Source: Oopsacas minuta (Eukaryota; Animalia; Porifera). Taken from it: DNA of 64,000 bases. The notes beneath the pieces are model-generated. The model was given only the letters and a program-made list of their open reading frames with translations. It was not told the origin of the DNA and ran no database searches. The DNA is taken from positions 62,001-126,000 of the forward strand of contig JAKMXF010000302.1 in NCBI GenBank assembly GCA_024704765.1. Direction: 5' to 3'. Shown in pieces: positions 44,560 to 57,417 of the stretch. Within the stretch, counting starts at the first letter, position 1, and each line of letters starts with the position of its first letter. Both the position numbers and the translations under genes were made by a program.

Positions 44560-45556
44560 ATAATTTGGATTATCAGGCATTAAATATGACTTACTAGATT
44601 ATATAGACGCCTACCGCAGAGTTGTGACAATGTCGGGAGAAGAATATTTTATAAGCGGTGCTGTATAATGCTAAGCAATGATAATTGGTAATTTTATTCG
44701 TATATTTACAGGGTAGGGGGTAATATATGGCAGTAAGTCTGGCACCACTTAAAACATTCCTAAGCCATTTACAAAGAATTCAATTGAACATAATAAACTA
44801 ATCTATGACTTCTGTAGCAATGTCATGACCACTGAAATGTCCTGTGAATAATACTTAACAAGACAAATATGTAAATATCCTAAAGGTTGAGTTCTCTACT
44901 TCTGGCTATTGTACAGTTATAGTGAATTATTATTTCTTAGCATATTATGCTGTCACAATGAATGTGACCTGTAGTCGGATTTCTGCTATCGACACTGACA
45001 TTGAATGATTCTCTAATCTCTATTACGTCATCTTTTGGCTGGTTGTAATCAACAGTTGTTAGTAGTGTCGTGTTCCTGCTAGTTCACTGAATTGCTAGAA
45101 TCGTAAGGTGACGTTAGTTCTCTGATTCGAATTTAATCTAATAAACAAGGCTTCTCTGTCTATTATGATCAAATATATTACAATCAGTTTAGATAACTTC
45201 GTAATGCCACAACTACCTCATCATCCACCTGAGCCAATTAATACTGCTGTACAACCTGATACTTCATTATACGTTCTGACTAGCAGATTTATGTGGTATA
45301 ATTAATTTAATCGAACTTTGACCTGGTGGAGGAAACCAATACCCTACATATATCATTAGACTCTATCTTAACTCTGTAACATGTATATTGATCTAGTGCT
45401 TATTTATCATTCTTTTTGTGACGAGTTTTCTGCAGCATCTCGATTAGGTAGATTATAGCTAATTTATCTAGAACTAGTTAATTTAGTTTGATTCATTTAA
45501 TACTTATACTGCTTTATACAAACTTAAGCAAAATATATTTATTATCACAACATAAG

Positions 45557-48500
45557 ATGGAGCTAAGTCTGAGTGATGTTTGTGAGAAGATCTCCAACAC
45601 TAATCTAAGAACAAATAATAAAACTGAGCTATACAGAAACGCCTCTGAATTATTCGATTCCTGTCAAATCGGAGAAATTACCGATGACTTACCTCTGACT
45701 TCACAATCAGTCAAAAACATACAGACAGACCTGACAGCTCGAGACGAGGAGCTGAAAGTATCAGCTTCTCACCTCTTCTTGTCACTTGTCCATCTGTCAA
45801 AAACAATTACGCCTCAACTATCACAACGACCAGATTGCTGGACTATCCCTATCAAATCGTTCTTATCAGACGCTGGGTATCTTGTACAGACTTGCTTCCC
45901 TCTCCTCGGCTCTACTAACATTGTATCACAACAAAAATCTCTCAGTATTGTCATGCAGTATATAGACCAGATTAAATCCTGGTCAGTACAAACGAATGAA
46001 GAAGCTCAGATGCTCCTAACGCATTTAGTGGAAATGTGTGTATTACCGCGATTGGAGAATATGCTGGGAGAACCAGAACGACAGGAAGTGTTAGCTATGG
46101 AGATATGGCAACAGCTGATCCATTCTATCGGTAATTATATTCCTATCATTAAACATGAGCTTATCAACAGGCTTCTGAAACTGATAGAATTCTGTTTCAA
46201 GAATACGCGCGAAGGAGTACAACTATGTGCTTACAAGTCGTGGAGTATATTAATAAGAACATTCTCTCTTCATCCTACTTTTCTGGTTAAGAAGCTTCGT
46301 CTCTTTAACGTTCCTCTCCTGTCTAGTGCAGTTAAGCAGGATCATCGTTATGCAGCTGTTGACGTGGAGCGAGCTAAGACCTGGTGTCAGCTTATATTAT
46401 CCCTCATGCCTGAATTACAAGATCATGCTAACTCCGTGTGTACTCCCTTCTTCTTATTCTGTATAGGTTTAGATCCTAAGCTGACTCTCTCTAGAAAGTT
46501 TAATGAGACGTTTGAAACGCATTTCAATTCTCTAACGAATAGCAGGAATTCTTCTGACAGTCTACAAGAATCTCTACCGATACATTTCACACAAGACGCT
46601 CAGCCTACTGTATCTACCGTATTATCCTCCATTGAGAATGATGCTAACTTTATGACTCTACTCTCTAGCCTCAACAACACACAACACTTGCCTAAGAAAG
46701 CCGTATTAGATCCAGAGTCTATGTTTGATTGGAGGAAACAGCTGTGTTATCAAGGCATAAAATCTCTAGCTCAATTTCTTAACATTACGCAGCCCTGTAA
46801 CCAGTCTTACACTGATACTAACACAGATAAAAATAACATTAATGTGAGGAATGCTTGGATATTGGACAACCATAAAGTACTGTTAACTCTAATCGGACTC
46901 TCAGTTCATCATTTTGATCCCTCAGAGGGCGCTATTTTATCTGAGTGCTTTGGGAATATTACTCATATTATGACGTCAGCTGAAAGTGGAGTCAATTCAG
47001 CTGATCTGCTCTATCCATCCCTGGTTATCTGTCAAACAGCTGTTTCAAGAAAACACTCAATACATACTGTCATTAGCTTGATAGAGTCTGTATATAACTC
47101 TATTCCAGGACAACTATCTCTTCCATTATCTGATTCAACCAATTCTGCTACAGCTCTCCTATTCATAGAGATATTATTAGATCATCACATGCTCAATTCA
47201 GGGGATGTTCCTGATTCTTTCTTCAACTTATACCAACAGCTCTTGTACTGTAGTAACATAGGGTCTAGAGATGTGAGAGAGTACCAGCACTTCCTCGCGA
47301 AACTTGAGACCCCTCATAATGACGTCAGCATGCTCTGGCGAAGCTGGAAGCTTACAGCTGAGGTGAGTTTAAGCCGTTGAAATACAGAATATTGTTATTA
47401 ATTTATAATTTATAATCTATAGGCACTACTGGTAAATATACAGTCATCTAATGGTGTTAAACAAGAAGACTCTACTCCTGTATCTACTTATTCCTACACA
47501 CTATCATTCCTACTCACACAGACTATAAATCCCCCTAACTCTATCTCTCTTGTTAAGGAGTGTGCTTGTGTTTGGAAGAAGCTGGCTACTAATATTCTTA
47601 AATTAATCTCAGAAGTATGTTCATCAGATGGTAACTTATTTGTAAATTCTATTTGTCAGCGAATTGATTCTGTTATTACGGAACCTCAGTTACAAAATAC
47701 AGACTATTTCTTCTTTATAACTCTACTCCTTGATGATCTCGTGTCTCTTCTAGACCTTAACCACTCCGTTGTATACACTGGTATAGATACCATCATATCG
47801 CCGTTTAAACTTCCTACTACCCCTTTTCTAGTTAGCTCTGATAAACTGGGTAATATTACGTCTTGTGTATTAGCTATATCCAGGTTCTTGAATTATGGGT
47901 ACTTCTCTGAGATTCCAGATTCTATCAATGGGAGTACTGATGTAATTATTGAACATATTGCTGCTTCTCAATCCATTTCAAATATAATAAAAACTTCTAT
48001 TTATCTATTCTCACGTCTCGACAATACTCTGCTTATACAGAATGTGCTGGCTTGTCTGTCTACACCCCTCGGTCTATACTTTGAGTTATTCTACTCATCT
48101 TCTTCGATAAGCAGTATTAAATCTTCTAGTGAGATAGAGCTGTTCACCTCTCTGATGGACAAACTCTGGGCTGCAATCAAATCTACTATTCTTACTAATT
48201 TCGAGTCTTACAATACTCAATTACTGCTTATCCTCTGTCCGATATTAATCCCTCTCTTCCATACTACTGATCGATCAATAGTATCTAGTGCTAGTGAATT
48301 CTTCTCAAGAACATTCATTGGTTGCACTGAAGATAGCGACTTTCCAGAATCTCTGAAAACTATTCTTTATTCTCTAGAAACTCTTGATATCGTAGAATCA
48401 CAGGTCAGCGAACAGCCAGATTCAAGTCTAACTGCAAAGCTCCGTAAAATCCAAGGAGTCCGTAAGATGGATGCCAGAGATGAGATATCTTCTCCAACCA

Positions 48501-50506
48501 AGAGAGTTAAACTCAGTAGTGATGAAACTCTTAACTCTAATAAAGTTAAACTAGTTTCTAATGAATCTTCAACCTTCAATTCTGATATACAGATTATCTC
48601 CAGTAATGACACTACAATAGGTCCTATGGACTTAGCTCTATCTAATCCAATCCCTTGTGAAGAAGATCCCTTATCTCTCCTTGAGAATGTTATTACTCTA
48701 TTTGATGATAGAGATAATAACATCAATGACTCCATTACTATATCCCCCACACATGTAGCACCAAACACTCCCGATACTCCTGGTCACAATACCTCTATTC
48801 GCCTCAAGACTCAATTGAAATCAAATAGCGAACAAAAGTTAAAACAAACTAAATTAAAGCTTAAAGGCAATTGGCCGGTAAGTCCAAACGAGAAGGAAAA
48901 GAAGGCCTTCTTTAAGTTAGAATTAACTCCGATAAGGTTAGAGGAATTTCCTAAGTCTAGTCCTACACATAATACTGTAAATCGTAAGCTACAATTCCCT
49001 CCTGATAATTATGAACAAGAAACTGTGTCCAAAGACTGTCCAGATGTACAGATCTTAGATTTAGACTTTGAACCAGTTCATGATACAACCACTACGTCAT
49101 TAGATAAGCCAGCTGTAGACACGAAACAATTGGACCTTGATTCAGTAGAAGAGTTTATTAAGAATATCCCTCTCTCTGATATAATATCCCCTGATGAATT
49201 AGAAACAAAGTATAACATATTTCCTACTCATTCTATAAATGACGTCAGTGTATCAGATGGTACCAGCAGCTTAATGACTCTTAGTTCTTCTTCCGTCACT
49301 CAATCGCTTACTCCTCCGATTACTCAGCCAGAGCCAGAGATACCTGTAAACGCTGATTCAGAAGCTGATTCTCTCCTCGCATTTAACAATTGTATTCAGA
49401 CTGATAATGAATCTGTACCTATAAACTTAGAGCTATTTGATGCTGTTGATGTAGAACCTATGGAAATAGATGAGGGTAAGGCTAAGCTTGAGCAAGAACA
49501 AGCTAATAACATATCTGCTGACTCTATTGCTACAAAAGATGACGTAATGAATACATCTGCATTGATGAAGGATTTCTCACCAGAAGCTAGTACTACACTA
49601 CAATCTTCTAACCAGTTCAATACTCCTAAACAGAGTATCCTAAAGAAACATACTATATTCTCTCCATCTCCTATTGACAAGAAAGTTTCATTTGCTAATC
49701 CTATCCAGAAAACACATGCTATTAGCGTCTCTCCTAGAACTCGTAAATTGAGAACTCAGAAACAGAGTCCTACCAGCAAACTAATGAGTGCTACCACTTC
49801 CATTGCAATACGTAGAGCTACTCGTTTAGGCACTACAGGAGTGTCTACTAATCCTGAAGATCCTATATGTAGTGCTCTACTAGAGTGTACTGAGCCAGTT
49901 GATGCATTAGTACCATTCCTAACCTCCCAATCTGTATCTAGAGGCATTACAGGGCTATTGAAAGCTAAGAAGATTGAAACTATTGGAGATTTAGCAGTGC
50001 TCAATGAGCGTGAGGCTGAAACTCTCCCTATACAGCCTCCTAAGCTACAAACTTTAAGAACAGCATTTTCTAAATATCAAGTCACTCAATTTGGCAGTCC
50101 TGGTGATCTAACCAGACAGTCAAACAATCCTCTATTCTTCCCTCGCCCCCCAGTAGAGGAACAAGGTGCAGGAGAGGAGGAGAAGACAGAGAACGATCAG
50201 GACCAAGTTGTACCTTTCCAAGTATTAGAAGCTACAGACTTCACCAATAACAATAATACAGATTCTATAGCAGTTGATATCCCACAATGTCCTGTAGATA
50301 TAGATGAGGGTGATAGCCCTACAGCTCCTGAACGTACCTCTACATTTGTACAGACAGAATCTATTACTTCTTCTGCACTAGTTAACGAACTAGCTGAGAA
50401 ACTACCTGGAGAGTTAGAATCCTATTCACAGGAAAAATTAAACCTCATCCTCAACTCTCTATGTCAATTAATTCCTTCTATCGCTGGTCAATTCACTACG
50501 AAATAA
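45557..50506 (+). CDS. RIF1: Replication timing factor RIF1, 2 exons, ~1629 aa
   Basis: N-terminal HEAT region (LLKLIEFCFK...AYKSWSILI). Exons 45557-47362 and 47423-50506 join in frame. PP1-docking SILKK...KKVSF motifs and C-terminal domain TIGDLAVL...LPIQPPKLQTLR. Confidence 0.9.
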
Positions 50507-51017
50507 CTCGTCACTTCTGTTTAATTAATCTGCTGGATGCAGTAGCTTTCGTTTCAATTAGTAGCTTAGTCTTTTACCTGGATCATAAAGAAGTCTATCT
50601 TTAACAATTCGACAAGAGGCAAATTATTGCTTGTCAATTAATCTTCACAAGAATTTGCACTTACATTATGCATCTATAAACTAAATTAATATTTATAATG
50701 CATTTCTTTTAGAAAACATTCTACATTTTTCCTAATTTTTATTTTCCCTTTCGCAATACAAACTAAATTGTATTCTATACTACAATAATATACAATGAGG
50801 AGGCTATAGGACAAACCGGAGTACTGTTTGCATTTCAATAGCATCATTGCATGTGGACCAACCTCTTCTAGGCCTACCTGAGCAGATTGTATCAAATAGT
50901 TTTAGAAATCTGAGATGCTTCACTAAGAATAGTACATAAGTAGAGCTTATTTAAATGCAGCAAATTTTTCCTTTAACAATTCTAATTATATAAATAAAGT
51001 TGATTGTATAACTTAGT

Positions 51018-53222
51018 ATGAAATTAAGAATTTCTGTTGTGAGCTCTCCATGTAACACACCTCAGGAAGATGGGGTGGGTAAGTCCAGTCTCTGTCAGCA
51101 ATTTATATACGGTAGACAAGTAAGAGTAAAGAAAAGATGGACAGAGCAAGAATGGCAGAGTACGTATATTAATAAAAACCATTTCTTATACTGGGGTTCT
51201 CTTCCTTTGAGATTACCAGATGGAACCGAGACATTAATTCGACTCATAGAACAAACCACTATTTGGCGTCCTGATCAAGATGCTCTACACCCAGCAGCCT
51301 TTGCAAATTTCCCTAAACAAGCCGCACAAACTTGTCTACCTTCACCTGGGAAGACATGTAGTTTTCCAGAACATGTATCAATGTATACACACATAGATAA
51401 ACGTATCCTTAAGAGTGATGGTCGAGTGGTAGATGAGGAAGATATGTTATTTCCACATCAGGAATTTGTTGATGAGGGAATTAATGGGTTTCTATGTATT
51501 ATCGATCCTACTATGTCAGCTGATAGGATGTCACGACAAATACAATTTCTCAAAAGTTTTGTAAATCTTGCAAAGCCATCTGGTAAAAAATTAGTTTTCA
51601 TTCTCACGAAATGTGACCTTGCTAGTGAAAAGCAGCTAATCGATGCGCGTCACATAGTCCGTAACAAATTGAAGCACCAAGCCCCTATACTAGAAGTTTC
51701 AACTGTTGAAATGCATAATATACAAGATTCATTCGTTACACTAGCTCAGCGTTGTTTAAGGATTAAACCGATCATACAGGTACTTACATGGTTACAACAC
51801 AAACAAGCTAAGATGTTATTGTTCTCTAGACAGATCGCTGAATACCGTGAGTATCTCCTCCGTCTTGTAGAGGACTCCAGTTGGACCTGGGATGAGTTCT
51901 GGCAACAATTAAAATCATCTTCTCAATCCTTCCTCGCTGCCAACATTCAAGAAGGAGAATTGAAGAGATTGTTCTGTCTCCATATACTTGAGTTAAAGTT
52001 GAAGGAAGCAGGAGCTAAATACTCTATGAATCCAGAAGACAAAACTTATCTTAGACTGACTTCTTCACAAGCATCAGAGAGTGCTAAATCCTATCAGGAG
52101 TTTCTCTTTAATTCTATCAAAGCTCATCCAGACCTTACTCCAAATTATTCTAGAGGTGATTATTCACACTACGCCTCTGTAGATACTAAACTAGACCCCA
52201 GTACAAGCATGAGTCCTATCTTCCCGCCTCCCTTGCCCCCTCGTACCAAGGAATCAGATGAACTTCCTATTCCGCTTGGCAGTCCTATTCTCCCTAAGAG
52301 TAAGAGTAAGCTATTCGGGTCAAAGAAGCTCCGTAAGACTATGAGCTGGGGAGGAAAATCACAAATAACCATTGAAAATTCATCTCAGTCAAATGATAAC
52401 ATTCTAATGCATCAATCACCAACTGAATATGAAATAAGTCTATTTCACTCTATGCTGGGAAGCTCTACCCCCGGGAGTCAATTTGAGGATCTGCCTGCGA
52501 ATAAAGATGATACTTTCCGCAGGAGAGCAAAGACAACATCTAGTGGAAAGTATCTTCACCGTCCCTTACCTCCTAGTCCTGGCTTCGGTAGGTCAGATAA
52601 ACCAACTTTTCCAAAGGTTCTACCTTCTGGTACTCGTAATTCACCTCAACATACCAGGTCTAGATCTGACCAGCTGAGTATCGTCCCTGCTAACCTCTCC
52701 TTCCCTGACCTCTCTCGGATATCTGTTGTTGATCTAGGGGAGCCTGCACCATATCTAGACCCCATGGAACTTAAGTTACATACTCTTCCTAGATTCAGAC
52801 ACTCCCAGGCCTCAGTTGAGGGAGATTCTGCGTTTCAAGCAGAATTTTCACCCAAAAGGTTGATCAAACGGGAGAACTCGTTCCCTCTTCATGATTTTAA
52901 TATGAGACACTCGTTAGACCCGATCTTCTCCTCCAATATTACTGCTCCTATAAAAACCAAGATAGATGCTTCTGTCCAAACTTACCTGAGGGGAGAGAGA
53001 CGAAGGGAGAGTAGATGGGAGAGTAATACTCCTAAGCTATCTCACAGGAAACGTGATATCAGTACTTCTTGTGCTTGTATACAGGAAAATACGAATGAAC
53101 TAGACAATGAACAAGACTCTGGTACCGCTTCCTTTATTTGCACTCCCCCTCCTCCTCCTGATCCCCAGACCTGTGATCCTCTGAACCCAGTGGTCATGTA
53201 TGACATAGTAGAACCTGTATAA
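51018..53222 (+). CDS. p190RhoGAP-like N-terminal pseudoGTPase plus FF-like region, lacking the RhoGAP domain
   Basis: ISVVS...GVGKSSLCQQFI, HFLYWG, LIEQT and LTKCD match the ARHGAP35/5 N-terminus. The remainder is low-complexity with no GAP motifs. Confidence 0.75.
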   Translation: MKLRISVVSSPCNTPQEDGVGKSSLCQQFIYGRQVRVKKRWTEQEWQSTYINKNHFLYWGSLPLRLPDGTETLIRLIEQTTIWRPDQDALHPAAFANFPKQAAQTCLPSPGKTCSFPEHVSMYTHIDKRILKSDGRVVDEEDMLFPHQEFVDEGINGFLCIIDPTMSADRMSRQIQFLKSFVNLAKPSGKKLVFILTKCDLASEKQLIDARHIVRNKLKHQAPILEVSTVEMHNIQDSFVTLAQRCLRIKPIIQVLTWLQHKQAKMLLFSRQIAEYREYLLRLVEDSSWTWDEFWQQLKSSSQSFLAANIQEGELKRLFCLHILELKLKEAGAKYSMNPEDKTYLRLTSSQASESAKSYQEFLFNSIKAHPDLTPNYSRGDYSHYASVDTKLDPSTSMSPIFPPPLPPRTKESDELPIPLGSPILPKSKSKLFGSKKLRKTMSWGGKSQITIENSSQSNDNILMHQSPTEYEISLFHSMLGSSTPGSQFEDLPANKDDTFRRRAKTTSSGKYLHRPLPPSPGFGRSDKPTFPKVLPSGTRNSPQHTRSRSDQLSIVPANLSFPDLSRISVVDLGEPAPYLDPMELKLHTLPRFRHSQASVEGDSAFQAEFSPKRLIKRENSFPLHDFNMRHSLDPIFSSNITAPIKTKIDASVQTYLRGERRRESRWESNTPKLSHRKRDISTSCACIQENTNELDNEQDSGTASFICTPPPPPDPQTCDPLNPVVMYDIVEPV

Positions 53223-53434
53223 ACTTGTGAATTTTAATTTTACTAACGGATCCATTGTTTGTTATTATTTTTATTATGTAAATACTTTTACCTGTTTGTT
53301 GGATATTTCTGCTATTTATTGCCTTTTCCGAATAAATAATATTTATTTTTACAGTTTAACCTTATAACACCAACTTATAAGAAATAATTGTATTATTTTA
53401 TTCCCTCCATAGTCCTTGTTGTACTTCTTATTCG

Positions 53435-54109
53435 ATGAGTATTCAATGGACCCTGACTGCAGGCTTCCTGTATTGCGAGGTTATTATCGTTATAATTCTA
53501 ACTCTACCTATCCTAAGTGCTAGGACATGGTACTGGATATTCAAAATGCGTGTCTTTTATCTTTTCGATTCTTGGAGGAACTTCACCTTCGGGTCTCTTT
53601 TCGTTTATTTGTCCATAATGTGTGTTGATTCTGTATTGAGTATGTTTCGCGCAATGGATGAGAAGGGGAGCAGTGTATCTACTGTCCCAGGTAGCGAAGC
53701 TATGATTAATTCTAAATTATTTCGTGCTCAAAGGAACCTCTATATTTCTGGTTTCGCAATACTACTCGCTCTTGTTATACGTCATTATATCTTGCTGTTA
53801 TCAACTCAAGCACAGTTACAGAAGAATCTATCTACTCTACAGAAACAAGCACAAAATGCAGCTCGTTTCCAAGCTCAGCAACAACAAGCTCCTGACAACA
53901 CTGAAGAAGTAGATAGACTCAAAGATATTATCAGGCAAAGAGAAAAGGAACTAGAGGAACTTAATATAAAGTTAGATCAGAAAAACTTAGAATTACAAGC
54001 TATGAAGAGACAAGCAGAGGGTGTATCGAGGGAATTTGAACGGGTAGCAGACCAGGCTCAGAGTATGCAAAGGGCACTAGATTCTGTTTCTAACAAGAAA
54101 GATGATTGA
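53435..54109 (+). CDS. BCAP31: B-cell receptor-associated protein 31/29
   Basis: MSIQWT start, three TM helices, KLFRAQRNLYISGF, coiled coil and a C-terminal KKDD ER-retrieval signal. Confidence 0.92.
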   Translation: MSIQWTLTAGFLYCEVIIVIILTLPILSARTWYWIFKMRVFYLFDSWRNFTFGSLFVYLSIMCVDSVLSMFRAMDEKGSSVSTVPGSEAMINSKLFRAQRNLYISGFAILLALVIRHYILLLSTQAQLQKNLSTLQKQAQNAARFQAQQQQAPDNTEEVDRLKDIIRQREKELEELNIKLDQKNLELQAMKRQAEGVSREFERVADQAQSMQRALDSVSNKKDD

Positions 54110-54442
54110 GATAAAAATAGAGTTTGCCTTGTACCAATAATTATAAAGATATTTGTACTAAATCCCATAGCTTAGAAGATACATACTACTCAGTATGTAG
54201 TTATTGTAATGGAGTTATTATGACTATGTTAGTGGAATATGTGATCTATAAGTTCTTTCCATTTATTAATTTTCAGGTTATGTTTTTCTTAAAAATGAAT
54301 GCTTTTGAGAACCAAAATTTGCTTAATTTCTCCGAATTTCATTTGAATCGGATCAATAGGTCGTTTGAATATTAATATAATTGCTATTTAGACTTTTCAT
54401 GAGCAAATAAAGAGCTGATTATAATTATCACAAGATATCGAC

Positions 54443-55918
54443 ATGGAGGAAAGTCCTGCTGAAGTTATGAACTTCTGCATATTCAATACTGAGCTTGGAT
54501 TGAAAGAAGGTTTGGAACATGAAAAGATCATGTATTTCTATGGGCTATCTACTCAGACTACTTTAAAGAAATTCACTACTACTACTACTGGTGCTTCTAA
54601 TGGAATTACACAACTTGAATTAGATGGACAGATAAAACAAATTGGATTAGCTGAAGCAATGATTCAATTCTCTTCTACATTCTCTGATGATGGATGTCAT
54701 TTTATTCACACTAAGAAAACTAGACAAGTTATATACAACCCAGAACCTAACTATATTATGAAATTAACAGTCTCAGTTCCTTCTCTAGTTAACCCTCCTG
54801 ATCCAGGTAACCCTTTCTATATGGAGGATTCTGTTCAGGATTCCCTTTTAGATGCAATTATCAAACAATCTTATACATTTTTCACATTCTTCAATCGATC
54901 GTATACAGAAATTTTTACGCAATGTGGAGTAGAAGGTTTGAAAGAATGTTTGAGCGATTTCTATGATAAATTCTGGTCTAGCGTTTCTATTTCAAACTTA
55001 TCTCTTCTCAACCTATTCCAAGGTATCGTATTTCTTCCTCTGGGCAAGAACCCCTTCCTACGAGTCCATAGCTTCGTGTCTTGCATAGAAGCATCTTTCC
55101 CAATAATAAAGTACACTGTATTCTGCTATAGTTACCGTATGGTATGGTGTAGTCTAGAACAAAAGTATATGAGAATAGTATACAGATACTTAACCGATTT
55201 TCTTATGCCAGCCTGTTTTGATGATTCTAGTTCTTCCTACAAGCCTAAAGCCCTAGGTAAGATGAAGCCTAGCAGTCAGTGGGGGAGTATATCCGGTAGA
55301 AGCACCAGTACTAGTATCAGGGGGAACATGCAGAGTGGTTACATCATTGGTCCTAATAACATTAAAGATATAGAGCAACACATATCTACAGAGAGGGTGT
55401 ATATTATGGTGGATGATTGTCTTAAAACCTTCTACTTTGTTGTCTACCACGCGTATAATATCACTCTATGTCTCTTCTTAGAATCAGAAGATCCTCCTCT
55501 CCATAAATTCTATCAACAACTGCATCAGTGTTTATCAGCTGAGCTGGCTACACTAGCTCAAGAACTGAATGAGAACAGTACTAGCTCTTCCTCAGATGCT
55601 CAATACAAATTCCTGTATTGTAATAATATGAATCTAGCAGTCAAGAGCACTCTACACTCTGTTTCATATCCATACGAGTTCCAAGCTAGCAATGAACTTA
55701 TGCGACTTCTAGCTGATATGCATGATGATTTTGAATGCTCTAAACATGGTGAGATATTCATACGAACACGAGACGATACCTGGGTAGTCGGGCGCCGTTC
55801 TGACCAGAGAGAATTTTTTGTGGTTCTTTATTATAAAAACGCAACTTTAATGAATGTCCATGAAGAAATTCGGAAGATAACTAACGAGCAATTCACGAAC
55901 GTATTCTTTGTTGACTAA
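54443..55918 (+). CDS. CCZ1: Vacuolar fusion protein CCZ1
   Basis: FCIFNTELG.KEG.EHEKI, QIGLAEAMIQF, FLPLGKNPFLRVHSF and WVVGRRSDQREFFV motifs. Confidence 0.93.
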   Translation: MEESPAEVMNFCIFNTELGLKEGLEHEKIMYFYGLSTQTTLKKFTTTTTGASNGITQLELDGQIKQIGLAEAMIQFSSTFSDDGCHFIHTKKTRQVIYNPEPNYIMKLTVSVPSLVNPPDPGNPFYMEDSVQDSLLDAIIKQSYTFFTFFNRSYTEIFTQCGVEGLKECLSDFYDKFWSSVSISNLSLLNLFQGIVFLPLGKNPFLRVHSFVSCIEASFPIIKYTVFCYSYRMVWCSLEQKYMRIVYRYLTDFLMPACFDDSSSSYKPKALGKMKPSSQWGSISGRSTSTSIRGNMQSGYIIGPNNIKDIEQHISTERVYIMVDDCLKTFYFVVYHAYNITLCLFLESEDPPLHKFYQQLHQCLSAELATLAQELNENSTSSSSDAQYKFLYCNNMNLAVKSTLHSVSYPYEFQASNELMRLLADMHDDFECSKHGEIFIRTRDDTWVVGRRSDQREFFVVLYYKNATLMNVHEEIRKITNEQFTNVFFVD

Positions 55919-56354
55919 TGTAAGAGATCTTCCTATCTCTTTTCATTGGCTTTCTAACAATTGAGTTCCATTTTCGTACGTGTATATATATAGTGGTATA
56001 TTATGCTTTGTATTTGTTAATTACACGCTCCATAACTAATTAAACTGAGCAATTATTGAGCTCATCTGCTGTATTCATCTGATGTACACCCGCATGACCT
56101 AGATAATGACATGCAAATGGCTGCCATCAAATTACAGTAGGAATATAGATGATTATGTATCTGGAAGGTATCTTTCATTGAAACGTTCATACTTATTAGC
56201 AATAATTATCAATAAGTTTTCTGTTTTATTAAACTATACGAAATTACTCTCCCATCCACCTGCTATAACATCGTTATTAACTACGTAACAGACATAATTA
56301 ATATAAAATATACAACTCTAACCCTTACATTGTTTTAGAATTAATAAATAGTGA

Positions 56355-57203
56355 ATGTCCGCTAATATCGGTACTCACCAGAACCTATTCGACTACAATG
56401 GCACCAGTATGTTAGACACAGATCTATCTCCTATCAATTCTAGACAAACTAAACTGAACGGGCATGGAGTTGTGGCTAAGCCGAACTCTAACTTTCCACT
56501 CGTCTGTCCCTCATGCAAGGGAACAGGAAGATTGCCGAAAGGAATGGAGCAAGAGCTTGTCGCACTCATCCCATACAAAGATAATAGATTGAAGCCTCGT
56601 CCTGTTTGGCCCTATATAACCGTGGCTGTAGGTCTACTATCCTTAACTCTATTCACAGGAGGAGCCTTACTATTCTTCATGTACCCGAGACAGGTAGCTG
56701 CTTCCACATTTGATGCAGTAGCTACTACACCTAATGATAGCTTTGTTGTGACTAGTCGGTTAATGAATATGTCATTGAATGCTAGCGTATTCGTGAATAA
56801 CTCTAACTTCTTTTCAATCAGTGTTCTTAACCTCAACATTACAGTATTTCACTATGATATAATTGTAGGCACTTATAAAGAAAAGGAGTTTTCTGTTGGC
56901 TCATTTGAACACAAGCTAGTCCAAACAGTATTTAATCTAACTTTCAAAGGTACGGACATGATCAAAGTACGTAACAATTGCTACGGAGAAGATTACACAC
57001 ATATGGTGATACTCACATTTCTTGTATCCTCTTCCTATTCCTATCTCTCTCACGTCAGTGCTACAACAGATACTGACTGGATGTATATTTCATGTAACTA
57101 CAACATGCGGGATAATGCAATTACGGTGGATAACTCAGTTGATAATCCAGACACCTGGGTTTATAACGAGGGAGGAGGTCAGAACGGTAATTGTGATTGT
57201 TAG
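56355..57203 (+). CDS. TMEM106B: Transmembrane protein 106 (B-like)
   Basis: CPSCKGTGRLP...LVALIPYKDNRLKPR, a single TM helix and a luminal LEA-2-like domain (NSNFFSI). Confidence 0.88.
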   Translation: MSANIGTHQNLFDYNGTSMLDTDLSPINSRQTKLNGHGVVAKPNSNFPLVCPSCKGTGRLPKGMEQELVALIPYKDNRLKPRPVWPYITVAVGLLSLTLFTGGALLFFMYPRQVAASTFDAVATTPNDSFVVTSRLMNMSLNASVFVNNSNFFSISVLNLNITVFHYDIIVGTYKEKEFSVGSFEHKLVQTVFNLTFKGTDMIKVRNNCYGEDYTHMVILTFLVSSSYSYLSHVSATTDTDWMYISCNYNMRDNAITVDNSVDNPDTWVYNEGGGQNGNCDC

Positions 57204-57417
57204 AACACCCCTGGAGATTTAAAAATGTATAAATACAGCGACTCATCACGGTCAATTAATATTATATGCATTCACATTTCCGTTTTATGAATAAATTGCA
57301 GAATTTCTGATGAAAATTGTACAAAATTCTCAATTTGTTTGTATTTTGGGTATTTATTTTAAGATTATTTATCTATAATTACAAATATATATTCATTAGC
57401 AGATAGCAATACGTAGT

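Noticed and set aside
45488-50506. Two independent genes (630 aa and 921 aa)
   Set aside because: A 60-nt phase-0 intron (47363-47422) joins them into one RIF1.
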